64,000 bases of DNA. Origin: an uncultured Planctomycetia bacterium. Lineage in GTDB: Bacteria; Planctomycetota; MHYJ01; CAYXQY01. This document shows, piece after piece, positions 1 to 9,326 of this stretch. The stretch is taken from positions 7,008 through 71,007 of the forward strand of contig CAZOLI010000009.1 in the NCBI GenBank assembly GCA_964580675.1, written 5' to 3'. Under the pieces are notes generated by a model that searched no databases, was not told the origin of the DNA, and saw only the letters and a list, made by a program, of their open reading frames with translations. Numbering within the stretch: position 1 is the stretch's first letter; every line of letters starts with the position of its first letter. The position numbers and the translations under genes are program-made.

Positions 1-1841
1 TCTTTATTCAGAATGTCCTGGTATTCCTCCTGGGTGGGTTGCGTGTTCACCTGTTTTTTCAGGAAGGTCGCCACGCCGTTCCCGTTCTGTAGATCCAGCC
101 GTTTATGAAGTCTCGGGCCGCGAAGATCCATGTCCACGATGGCCGTTCGCAGACCCTTCCGGGCAAAAGCGGTGCCGAAGTTAATGGTCATCGTGGTCTT
201 CCCTTCCTTCGACACCGAGGATGTGAACGAGATGGTCTCAAACCCACCCTCTTTCATCGTTGAGTGAAGGAGTGTAGCACCGGTATTAAAGATTTCCGAC
301 ACCGGTGCCTTGACCGGGTGATCCTTGATGAGAACCATGTCCTTGTCTTCTTCCTCACGGACAAGTGCAAAAATGGGAAGGTTCAGATAACGGCGGATGT
401 CGTAGTCGTTCCGAATTGTGGCGTCGAAATAGTCGCGGAGGTATGCAAGGACAACGCCCGCAAGCAACCCGAGGGCAATGGCGGCCCAGATTGATATCGC
501 AGCCTGTTCCGTTATGGCGGACGTCGAGGTGGCCCAGTTATTCGTCGCCACGAGACGCTGAGCTGTTTCAACTTTTTTCAACTTTTGCAGATCTTGATTA
601 ATAACCGAAATTTGCTTTTCGGCTTCCTCGACCTGTTTCCGAATGTTTTCCAGCTTTGCAATTGGCTGGGAGAGGGAATTAATTTTGTCCACCAGCTCCT
701 GTTCACGCTCGTTGAACCCTTCTTTTTTCACCTGCAGTTCACGCTGTTTGGCCCGAAACCGTGACAGGGCTTTCCGTAAGTCCTGTCCTTCAAGAGCGGG
801 TAACTGTTCCTGTAGGAAATTAAGTCGTGCCTGTTTTTCCCGAACTTTCGGGTGGTTTTCGGTTCTGCTCTGCCTGTCCTCCGCGAGATCCATCTTCAAC
901 TCCTGGATCTCGTTTTTCACACGGTCTGTAATTTCGCTTGTCTTTACGGATTGGGGAACCGGCACGTCTCCAATGACCCGTTTCTCGGAGATTGCGGTCA
1001 TCACCATGTTTTGAAGCTGTTTGTTCTGCTCCCAGGTGACGTTGATTTCCGTGAGGCGGGAACGAATGTCGTTAAGTTCGTTCCGGTAACCGGTCATCCG
1101 GGCCCGCAGATCTTCCAGCCGGTTCGCGGAGGAATCGGTCTCCTTAATAATACGATAATAACGCTCCATCAGGGATTCCCCACCGTCTTCCGAATCGGAA
1201 CGGTCATAATTGGCCGCGCTTCGATCCCCGATTCGTTCCTTCAATTCGCCACGGTCCTGCTTCAGCAATTTACGAATCCGGCGGAAACTTTGCTGCGCCA
1301 CCTCATCTCCTTTTATGACCGCAGCCGCCAGGTACGCGTTTACATTTAATTTTGCTTCCTCCCGTGAGGATCCTCGACCCTTCACCCGGTAAAGCTGAGA
1401 CATCTTGCTGGATTGCGCTCCCTGAATCACGGATCGCAGGCTGCCGGCTCGGGACTGAAGTTCATCCGGGTTCCGGTGAAGGGGTTTTCCCTGCTCCTCG
1501 AGAACCGTTTTGATCTGTTTTATGCTATAATTCTCATCGACAAACTTCCGGGGGGACACATTCGTAAGAACAGCCGCCTGTTTTACCATGGCGGCGGCCT
1601 GCCACCATTCATCCTCGTCGAGGTAGTCATAGACGGTTTTCTCGGTCAGTCGAACCGGCTTTATTTCCAGTATCTCATACCGGAAGTTGGGAACCGCCTG
1701 TATAAGGAGGGTTGCATCGGACTTATACTCCACCCCACGGGTCTGGAGAACGCCGAAATAGGCGGTCATCACCAGGAGGAACCCGGTGACCGCCCAGAGC
1801 CACCGTTGTTTCAAAATTGCGATGTATCCTTTGAATTCCAT
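1..1841 (-). CDS. Wzc/GumC-family polysaccharide chain-length determinant with tyrosine-kinase domain (3' end runs off the window)
   Basis: Not in the ORF track; translated by hand from ATG at 1841 (MEFKGYIAILKQRWLWAVTGFLLV...). It has an N-terminal TM, coiled coil, second TM, then ISFTSSVSKEGKTT (Walker A) and AIVDMDLRGPRL. The frame agrees at both ends; the interior was not checked codon by codon. Confidence 0.85.
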   Translation of the reverse strand, partial: MEFKGYIAILKQRWLWAVTGFLLVMTAYFGVLQTRGVEYKSDATLLIQAVPNFRYEILEIKPVRLTEKTVYDYLDEDEWWQAAAMVKQAAVLTNVSPRKFVDENYSIKQIKTVLEEQGKPLHRNPDELQSRAGSLRSVIQGAQSSKMSQLYRVKGRGSSREEAKLNVNAYLAAAVIKGDEVAQQSFRRIRKLLKQDRGELKERIGDRSAANYDRSDSEDGGESLMERYYRIIKETDSSANRLEDLRARMTGYRNELNDIRSRLTEINVTWEQNKQLQNMVMTAISEKRVIGDVPVPQSVKTSEITDRVKNEIQELKMDLAEDRQSRTENHPKVREKQARLNFLQEQLPALEGQDLRKALSRFRAKQRELQVKKEGFNEREQELVDKINSLSQPIAKLENIRKQVEEAEKQISVINQDLQKLKKVETAQRLVATNNWATSTSAITEQAAISIWAAIALGLLAGVVLAYLRDYFDATIRNDYDIRRYLNLPIFALVREEEDKDMVLIKDHPVKAPVSEIFNTGATLLHSTMKEGGFETISFTSSVSKEGKTTMTINFGTAFARKGLRTAIVDMDLRGPRLHKRLDLQNGNGVATFLKKQVNTQPTQEEYQDILNK

Positions 1842-2124
1842 GGGTATGTAAATAATCGAAGGTTTCCTATGCCACCTTTAACATCCGTGGGATGCCAGCA
1901 GGGAAGAGGACCTTTACATGCCGCCGCGGTTTCCGAATGTTCGGCAAGGACGAATCATAGGGAAGGAGCAATGAACCCGCCAGCTGTAGAGGGTCCACCA
2001 CAGGACTTCGAAGAGAAAAACCACGCTTACCGTTCTTCGCCTTCCACCGGGAATGGAGACCGGATCATGACACAGGATCAGAACGTCCCCGCCTTCGGAA
2101 GGGAGGCCCGGGCCGGTTTGGGGG

Positions 2125-3333
2125 TTAGCCGAGAATGGACTCTTCTTCGCCCAGGTCGATGCCCTGCATATTCATTTTTAACTGTTCCGGATTCGGCGAA
2201 AACTCGAGGGCCGTTTTCTTGTTGATCAACTCGCGATCGAGAAGATCCATAAGGGATTGGTTGAAGTCCTGCATGTCCTCAAACTTTCCGCCCTTCATAA
2301 CGGAATGGATCTTTTTGTGTTCTTCGTTCTTGATCAACTTCTGAACCATGGGATTGACGTACATGATTTCCACCGCCGGAACGAGGTCGACCCCATCCGC
2401 GCAGGAGGGCATCAGTTTCTGGCTAACAACAGCTTTCAGGTTAAACCGGAGGAGCTGTCGTATCTGGCTTTCCCGCTCGGGGGGAAACAGATCCAGAATT
2501 CGCCCGAGCGTACCGGGTGCACTCGACGCATGAACGGTCCCGAAAACCAGGTGTCCCGTTTCGGCCGCCATCAAACCGGCGTCGAAAGATTCCTCATCCC
2601 GGAGTTCTCCAAGAAGGATGATATCGGGATCCTGACGAACCACGTATTTCAGGGCGGTTTCGAAATCCTTTACGTCAATCCCGATCTCCCGCTGATTAAT
2701 CACACTCTTTTTGTCTTCCAGGAGATACTCAATTGGATCCTCAATGGTTATGATGTGTTCGCGACGGGTTTCGTTGATCCGCTGGAGTATGGAAGCGATG
2801 CTGGTGGATTTTCCCTGCCCGGTTGGTCCGGCAAATATAACCAGTCCCTGTTTCATCCGGGCGATCTTCTCCATTGTCTTTGGCAGGTGAAGTTCCTCGA
2901 AATCAGGGATGTAATCGTCCACACGACGCACGGCCGTGGCCACCGCACCCCGATCCCGAAACACGTTTATTCGAAACCGGCCTATTCCTTCGAGCCCGTA
3001 CGAAAAATCCAGGTCGCCCTCCTGGAGAAACACTTCCTTCTGTGATTCATTCATAATTTCGAAAACGAGTTTTTTGCACTGGGACGGGTTTAATTCGTTT
3101 TCGTTCACCTCCCGGAGTTTGGTGGAGATCCGAAACAGCGGGGGCTGTCCGGGTTTAAGGTGAAGGTCCGAGGCCTCATTGTCCTTCATGGCGGAAAAAA
3201 GCTTTTCGATCTGCGTGTAATCCTCGGGGTCCTTGTCCTTTTTGATGCTCCGTGACTGGGTCTGGAACTCCTCGGTATCCTGAGCGCTCCCCTGGTCAAA
3301 CGATGTGGATTCGGCCGTTTGCTGATCGTTCAT
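2125..3333 (-). CDS. PilT/PilU-family type IV pilus retraction-type ATPase
   Basis: GPTGQGKST Walker A, ITIEDPIEY Asp box, RQDPDIILLGELRD Walker B, ETGHLVFGTVH His box. It lacks the PilT AIRNLIRE motif (MVQKLIKN), so it is PilU-like or divergent. Confidence 0.9.
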   Translation of the reverse strand: MNDQQTAESTSFDQGSAQDTEEFQTQSRSIKKDKDPEDYTQIEKLFSAMKDNEASDLHLKPGQPPLFRISTKLREVNENELNPSQCKKLVFEIMNESQKEVFLQEGDLDFSYGLEGIGRFRINVFRDRGAVATAVRRVDDYIPDFEELHLPKTMEKIARMKQGLVIFAGPTGQGKSTSIASILQRINETRREHIITIEDPIEYLLEDKKSVINQREIGIDVKDFETALKYVVRQDPDIILLGELRDEESFDAGLMAAETGHLVFGTVHASSAPGTLGRILDLFPPERESQIRQLLRFNLKAVVSQKLMPSCADGVDLVPAVEIMYVNPMVQKLIKNEEHKKIHSVMKGGKFEDMQDFNQSLMDLLDRELINKKTALEFSPNPEQLKMNMQGIDLGEEESILG

Positions 3334-3350
3334 GGGTAATCTCCCTGTTG

Positions 3351-4370
3351 TTATTGCGGGTCCTGGAGGTCGTATTGCTGCTGGTAATAATCTTCAAACT
3401 CCCCCTGTTTTAAGGGTTTCCACCACTCCTCCCTCTCCTTATACCATTTTACGGTACGTTCAAGACCCGAGTCAAAGGAAACGTCGGGGGACCAGCCGAT
3501 TTCCTCCCGCAACTTTGTGCAATCAAGCGAATAACGGGCATCGTGACCGGGACGGTCCTCGACGAATTCAATCAGTGATTGTGGCTTCTCAAGGACATCC
3601 AGTATGCCTCGAGCAACCTCGATGTTCTTCTTTTCACAATCGGCCCCGATGTTATAAACGGATCCGGGGCTTCCGTTCTCGATAATTTGTCGGAGCGCCC
3701 TGCAATGATCACGGACGAAGAGCCAGTCCCGTACGTTCGAACCGTCTCCGTACAGGGGAAGAGATTCGTCGTTCAGCGCTCCGGTTATAAAAAGGGGAAT
3801 GAATTTTTCCGGGTACTGGTAGGGTCCGTAATTATTTGTGCTCCGGGTGGTGATTACCGGAAAATCGTAGGTCTCCTGATAGGCATTTACGAGCATATCC
3901 GCCCCGGCCTTGGACGCTGCATAGGGGTTGGAGGGATTTAACCGATCCTCCTCCGAGAAGGAAACCCCCTCCGGCGCACTGCCATATACCTCGTCGGTGG
4001 AGACGTGAACAAACAGGGACACCTCATATTCACGGGCCTTCTGAAGCAGGAGCTGCGTCCCGTATACATTTGTTACGACAAACGGACGTTCATCGTTCAA
4101 ACTCCGATCCACGTGGGACTCGGCGGCGAAGTGAACAACCACGTCCGGATTCGCTGTCAGCGCCGAGGACACAGCTTCCTCGTCGGTGATGGAGCCGTGT
4201 ATAAACTCGTACCGCCCGTGGTCCTCCAGGTCCGATAAATTTTCCCGGTTGCCTGCGTAGGTGAGGGCATCCAGATTTGTGACCCGGGCATCCTGATCTT
4301 CCTCAATCAGGTGGCGGATAAAATTCGTGCCGATAAATCCACAGCCACCTGTAACGAGGTAACGTGTCAT
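3351..4370 (-). CDS. rfbB: dTDP-glucose 4,6-dehydratase
   Basis: TGGCGFIG, DALTYAGN, HFAAESHVDRS, STDEVYG, YAASK, NNYGPYQYPEKFIP, RPGHDARY. Confidence 0.95.
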   Translation of the reverse strand: MTRYLVTGGCGFIGTNFIRHLIEEDQDARVTNLDALTYAGNRENLSDLEDHGRYEFIHGSITDEEAVSSALTANPDVVVHFAAESHVDRSLNDERPFVVTNVYGTQLLLQKAREYEVSLFVHVSTDEVYGSAPEGVSFSEEDRLNPSNPYAASKAGADMLVNAYQETYDFPVITTRSTNNYGPYQYPEKFIPLFITGALNDESLPLYGDGSNVRDWLFVRDHCRALRQIIENGSPGSVYNIGADCEKKNIEVARGILDVLEKPQSLIEFVEDRPGHDARYSLDCTKLREEIGWSPDVSFDSGLERTVKWYKEREEWWKPLKQGEFEDYYQQQYDLQDPQ

Positions 4371-5743
4371 CAGGATTCACTATCCCCGGAATCGGCGAGT
4401 GACAGGCCGAGTTCGGAGAGGGTGTCCTTCACCTCCTGGAGTGAGGTCTCGCCGAAGTTCTGACATTCGAGCAATTCCTCCTCCGTTTTTTCAACGAGGT
4501 CTTTGACCGTGTAGATCGAAAGCCGCTTCATCGCCCGCTTGCTGCGCGCTGACCAGTCAAAGTCCTCGATTTTCTTCCGGAGAATGTCGTCGACTTCGTC
4601 CGGTGGCGGACCCGGTTTGAGGGTCACCTTGTTTCGTCCGGCCTTTGACAGTGAGAGATCGCGCTCATCGAGGAACTTCTTCACCCGTTCGAGGGAATAC
4701 TGGCCGAAGTTGTCACAATTCAGAAGTTCCTCCTCCGTGCACTGAATTAAATCACCGATGGTTTCTACGTTCAGCTGGTCGAACGCATCAAGAATTCGCT
4801 GGGGGAACTCAAATTCCTCAACGGATTTGTTGAGGAGTTTTCCGGTTTCAACGCGTTTCCGCATGCGTTCCTCCCGGAAGCTAAGATTCATGGATGCATC
4901 CGCATCACCCAGGTACAGTTCGGCGATTTCGTGATCCGGTCTCTCCTCCAGAATCATCCGGTAACAATCCTTCGCGCGTTCAAACTCCCCCTGATCTTCG
5001 TACAGGAGCCCGAGGTTCATAATCGGACCTTCGTGGGCGGGGGAGATGTTCATGATCTTTTCGTACAGTTCCCGGCTGTAATCCTCCGGCTCACGATCCG
5101 GGTCATCCGTCTCAACGGCCTGCCGGTTCAGAAGATTGGCCTTCCGGAAAAGACTGTGAAGATGTTCCGGGTCTTCTTCCAGCGCCTGGTCGTAGCACTC
5201 GAGAGCGTCTTCCCGGAATCCTTCCATTTCGTTTACGAATCCGTCGAGGTACAGGTAATTCGGTGAGCCATCGTACTGATCCTCTTCGTCATCCACCCAG
5301 TCCCGGGCTTCTTCAATTTCATTCAGATTCAGGTAGGACTCGACCAGATTGACAAATATGCGTTCATAGTATTCATCCTGGTCGGCGTACTCCTCGTAGA
5401 GGTCTTCCAGAACCTCGGCGGAGAGGTGAAATTCCCCCATTTCCTTATACGAGAGTCCTTCTACCAGACGGGACTCCCGGCTGGGTTGCGTACCGTCCAG
5501 CAACTCCGCGGCGTCCTCCGGGCTACCAAGTATCCAGGCCATTGTCGCTTCCCGCACAATGGCCCTGTTGTCGCTGGAAAAATCCTCGTAATGGTCGTCG
5601 AAATTCTCCTGAAGTTCCTGAAGTTCTTCGGCGAGTTCCTCGTCTTCACGTACGGCGTCACTTAACTCAAAAATCTGTTCGGGAGAGATGTTGTCGTCCA
5701 GAAACGTCTCCGTTATTGATTCTTCGGCGGTTTTTACAGTCAT
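4370..5743 (-). CDS. TPR protein with two C-terminal RNA polymerase alpha-CTD-like domains
   Basis: TPR-like helical repeats, then two alpha-CTD-like units (TIGDLIQCTEEELLNCDNFGQYSL and TVKDLVEKTEEELLECQNFGETSL). Start placed at ATG 5743 (MTVKT). Confidence 0.8.
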   Translation of the reverse strand: MTVKTAEESITETFLDDNISPEQIFELSDAVREDEELAEELQELQENFDDHYEDFSSDNRAIVREATMAWILGSPEDAAELLDGTQPSRESRLVEGLSYKEMGEFHLSAEVLEDLYEEYADQDEYYERIFVNLVESYLNLNEIEEARDWVDDEEDQYDGSPNYLYLDGFVNEMEGFREDALECYDQALEEDPEHLHSLFRKANLLNRQAVETDDPDREPEDYSRELYEKIMNISPAHEGPIMNLGLLYEDQGEFERAKDCYRMILEERPDHEIAELYLGDADASMNLSFREERMRKRVETGKLLNKSVEEFEFPQRILDAFDQLNVETIGDLIQCTEEELLNCDNFGQYSLERVKKFLDERDLSLSKAGRNKVTLKPGPPPDEVDDILRKKIEDFDWSARSKRAMKRLSIYTVKDLVEKTEEELLECQNFGETSLQEVKDTLSELGLSLADSGDSES

Positions 5744-5989
5744 GCTCTTCGTTTTTCTAACGAAAAAACAAAAATTTTCCGATGCAGACAAACCCCGGCA
5801 TCCCGCGAATTACACGGCATTTACTGGTTGAATAACGTCCGGGTATGATATACAGCAACCAATTTTAACAGTAAGGCCGGTATGGTTCAATGCAAATCCG
5901 GATCCGCCGGTTCACGTGGTGAACCGACCCCAGCGCTGTGTGAGAGGAATCCCCCGCTCCTTGCCCGTCTCACGTTCTTTCCGGTCATT

Positions 5990-7150
5990 TTTATTGGAGC
6001 GGTGTGAAGAATCATCTTTGCCCTCGTGATCCGTTCCGACCTTTTTTGCAAAGGCAGATGTTTTCGTTCCAGTTGGAACGGTTTTCCCTACACACTGGGG
6101 GCGGAAGCATCCATGCTTTCGCATGTTTTATTTTTCAGGAATCACGGCCTCCCTTCCACAGGCAATCTCAACCGGGCCTTCATGCATTCTCTTTATCTTT
6201 ATCCTTATCCTTATCTTTATCTTAAAAACGCCCCCTCCGTCACCGTCGGGGCTCCGGCTTTGGTGAAAAAGTCTGCTATCAAAATCTCTTTCGTTCCCTA
6301 TCACCCGGACTCCGCTCCCCTGCTCAACCCCTTACTCCTGACTCCTTACTCGTAACGTATGCTCGCCTCTTTATCTTTTTCCTTATCTTAATATTTTAGA
6401 AATACCCCTCGTGACTTATTTTTCCTTCCCCCCGGCTGAACGGTTCTACATTTGATCCCTTACTCCTGATTCCTTACTCGTAACGTATGCTCGCCTCTTT
6501 ATCTTTATCTTTATCCTTATCTTTATCTACGGTCCTGCGGACCGTCCCATTCCCCTCCCTGATAAAAGATGGCGTGCCGTTTAGGCACTCCCTGCTTCCA
6601 TCGGATTCCGTCCGGTTGGTGCTCCTGCTTTGGTGATAAATGGCCCGCTCCGTGACCGTCGGTGCTCTGGCTTTGGTGATAAATGGTCCGTTCCGTGACC
6701 GTCAGTGCTCCTGCTTTGGTGAAATGGTTTTTCTTCAATCGCCTATCGCCCGCCGTTTTCACGCCCAACGCACCACGCATCACGCATAACGCTACTAACG
6801 CCAATAACGCAACTAACGCCACAAACGCCACGAACGCAATAATCCTTATCTTTATCAACGGACCTGCGGACCGTCCCACTGGGGGCGGAAGGGTCCTCGC
6901 TTTCGCATTTATTTGATAAATCATCCACCCTGGCTGGACATCCCTCGATCGCCAAACCGGGTCTGTCTATGTTCTCTTGATCTTGATCTTTATCTTGATC
7001 TTAATCTACGGTTCGAAGAACCGTCCCACGGTCGGGGCTCCGGCTCTGTTGAAATGGTTTTCCTTCAATCGGCTATCGCCCGCTGTTTTCACTCATCAAC
7101 CCATCAACGCAACACGCATCAACCCATCACCCCATACTCAACTCATCATC
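5990..7150. repeat. Composite non-coding repeat mosaic, locus 1
   Basis: YTTATC runs at 6192, 6370, 6498, 6844 and ~6976. A 50-bp direct repeat at 6329-6378/6457-6506. The GTCGGKGCTCYGGCTTTGGTGA-like module at 6241, 6617, 6656, 6697 and 7028. AACGCNNNN x6 at 6788-6841 and CATCAACC-like 8-mers at 7094-7150. Confidence 0.9.
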
Positions 7151-7171
7151 CTGATCATGTTCTTCAAAAGC

Positions 7172-7579
7172 CTACGTGGTGGACCCGACGGGTTCCTCTC
7201 CCACGTTTTCCCGGATAAACTCGATGATGTCGTCCAGGGGTGAACCGGGGCGAAACACTTCTGCCACCCCCATTTCCTTCAATTCTTCGGCGTCGTCCCG
7301 GGGAATAATCCCCCCCACGACAAGAAGGGTGTCCGTTAACCCGGCCTCCTCCATTTCGTCCAGCAATTTTGGAATAAGCGTCATGTGAGCACCGGAGAGA
7401 ATGCTGATGCCAATGACGTCCACGTCCTCCTGCAACGCCGCCTCCGCAATTTGATCCGCCGTCTTGTGCAGGCCGCTGTAGACCACCTCCATCCCCGCAT
7501 CACGGAGGGCATTCGCAATGACCTTCGCCCCCCGGTCATGACCATCCAGACCAATTTTTCCAACCATTACACGAATCAC
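7172..7579 (-). CDS. Cobalamin-binding small subunit of acyl-CoA mutase (IcmB/MutB-like)
   Basis: [10 protein letters not shown] (DxHxxG), [18 protein letters not shown]. Confidence 0.95.
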   Translation of the reverse strand: MIRVMVGKIGLDGHDRGAKVIANALRDAGMEVVYSGLHKTADQIAEAALQEDVDVIGISILSGAHMTLIPKLLDEMEEAGLTDTLLVVGGIIPRDDAEELKEMGVAEVFRPGSPLDDIIEFIRENVGEEPVGSTT

Positions 7580-7616
7580 CTTCGTCCTCCACGGTAATAA
7601 CCAATTCGCTACAGTT

Positions 7617-9326
7617 TTACAGTGCCGTTACTTCCGACCAGGTGCCGTACACATCCCGGAGCACATCAACGGTTTCACCAAGCGTGGCCTTCGCCCGGGC
7701 GGCTTCTATTATCGGATACATCAGGTTCTCGTCTTCACGTGCCGCTTTCTCAAGGTCGTCCAGCGCATCGCGGTATTTCCGTTCCGACCGGTTTTCCTTG
7801 AACTGACGGACAGCGGCCCGCTGTTTTCCTTCGAGTTCCTCCGGAATTTTCAGTATCTCCACGGGCTCTTCCTCTTCCTCCTCCACGTATTTGTTGACGC
7901 CCACGATCACTTCCTCCCCCTCTTCCACTTTCTGCTGATACTCGTAGGAGGCCTTGGAAATTTCCTTCTGGAAATAACCCTCGCGAATACATTCTATGAC
8001 ACCTCCCTTCCGGTCAATCTCCTCAAAGTACGATTCGGCCTCTTCCTCCATCCGTTCCGTAAGGGACTCCACGAAGTACGAGCCCGCCAGCGGATCAACC
8101 GTATCCGCCACATTGATTTCATGGGCGATAATTTGCTGGGTGCGAAGGGCAATTTTCACCGCCTCCTCCGTGGGAAGGGCAAGGGCTTCGTCGTACGAAT
8201 TCGTGTGAAGACTCTGGGTTCCGCCGAGCACGGCCGCAAGCGCCTCGTAGGCGGTGCGCACAATGTTATTCATCGGTTGCTGTTCGGTCAGGGAGACCCC
8301 GGCCGTCTGGGTATGGAACCGCAATTTCATGGATTTCGGGTTTTCGGCCCCGTACTCCTCCTTCATGTGACGCGCCCAGATCCGGCGGGCGGCGCGATAT
8401 TTTGCGATTTCCTCGAAGAAATCAAGATGGGAGTTAAAGAAGAAACTCAATCGCGGGGCAAATTCATCCACGTCCAACCCCCGTTCCTTTGCCCATTCGA
8501 CGTATTCAAACCCATTGGCCAGCGTAAAGGCCAGTTCCTGGACAGCGGTGGATCCGGCCTCGCGAATGTGGTAACCGCTGATGGAGATGGGGTGCCACTT
8601 CGGCATTTCACGGGCACAGAATTCCACGGTGTCCGTAACCAGTTTCATGGACGGATCGGGCGGAAAAATAAACTCCTTCTGTGCCTGATATTCCTTCAGT
8701 ATGTCGTTCTGCGTGGTTCCCCGGAGATGATCCCCCGGCACGTCCTGGTCACGACCAATAATGTAATAATACGCCAGCAGGATCGCGGCGGGGCCGTTGA
8801 TGGTCATGGACGTACTGATTTTGCCGAGGTCAATGCCTTTGAACAGCGTCTTCATGTCTTCCAGGTGGCTAATAGCGACGCCTTCCCGTCCCACTTCTCC
8901 CTCGGACATGTCATCGTCACTGTCCAGCCCCATGAGCGTTGGCATGTCAAATGCCACGGACAATCCGGTTTGTCCCTTATCCAGCAAATACTTGTATCTC
9001 TGATTTGTGTCCTCGGCCGTTCCAAACCCGGCAAACTGCCTCATGGTCCAGAGGCGCCCCCGATACATCGAACGATACGGACCCCGGGTAAACGGGAATT
9101 CCCCCGGCATCCCCAGATCCTCCTCGTAATCAAGGTCCGAAACGTCCTCCGGGGTATACAGCGGCTTTACCGATATACCGGACATCGTTTCGTACCGTTC
9201 TTTCCGTTGAGGAGCTTCCTCAAGGTGTTCTTTCCAGTTGTCGTAGGCTTCGGATAGTTCGGTTTGATCCGAATTATCCCTCGACTCCTCCGGTTTTTCG
9301 CCGTTGTTCTTTTCTTGTTCACTCAT
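7617..9326 (-). CDS. B12-dependent acyl-CoA mutase large subunit, isobutyryl-CoA mutase-like (IcmA-like)
   Basis: PFTRGPY...[48 protein letters not shown]. There is no fused B12 domain. Confidence 0.9.
   Translation of the reverse strand: MSEQEKNNGEKPEESRDNSDQTELSEAYDNWKEHLEEAPQRKERYETMSGISVKPLYTPEDVSDLDYEEDLGMPGEFPFTRGPYRSMYRGRLWTMRQFAGFGTAEDTNQRYKYLLDKGQTGLSVAFDMPTLMGLDSDDDMSEGEVGREGVAISHLEDMKTLFKGIDLGKISTSMTINGPAAILLAYYYIIGRDQDVPGDHLRGTTQNDILKEYQAQKEFIFPPDPSMKLVTDTVEFCAREMPKWHPISISGYHIREAGSTAVQELAFTLANGFEYVEWAKERGLDVDEFAPRLSFFFNSHLDFFEEIAKYRAARRIWARHMKEEYGAENPKSMKLRFHTQTAGVSLTEQQPMNNIVRTAYEALAAVLGGTQSLHTNSYDEALALPTEEAVKIALRTQQIIAHEINVADTVDPLAGSYFVESLTERMEEEAESYFEEIDRKGGVIECIREGYFQKEISKASYEYQQKVEEGEEVIVGVNKYVEEEEEEPVEILKIPEELEGKQRAAVRQFKENRSERKYRDALDDLEKAAREDENLMYPIIEAARAKATLGETVDVLRDVYGTWSEVTAL

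Noticed and set aside
1842-2124. ncRNA or small ORF between pilT and wzc
   Set aside because: There is only one short hairpin (GCCTTC/GGAGGC), no tmRNA, SRP or 6S signature, and no convincing start for the open frames.
1413-2225. Long + strand ORFs 1413-2225, 2257-3045, 8121-9257, 26526-27662, 39942-40724 and - strand 53552-54433, 55812-56759
   Set aside because: They are antisense shadows of well-supported genes and have no recognisable motifs.
6527-6545. Canonical GTAG-type REP
   Set aside because: CTAC precedes the hairpin, so GTAG falls 3' of it on the other strand. That is the wrong polarity, and it is present in only two of four copies.
6523-6924. 133-aa minus-strand ORF, plus 6026-6355, 6683-6916 and 6977-7243 on +, as genes
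   Set aside because: They are built from repeat modules (SLSLSL, NATNAT, LILIL), with no family motifs or clear SD.
6180-7150. CRISPR array
   Set aside because: There is no constant repeat with unique equal-length spacers, the units are microsatellites and shuffled modules, and no cas genes are present.
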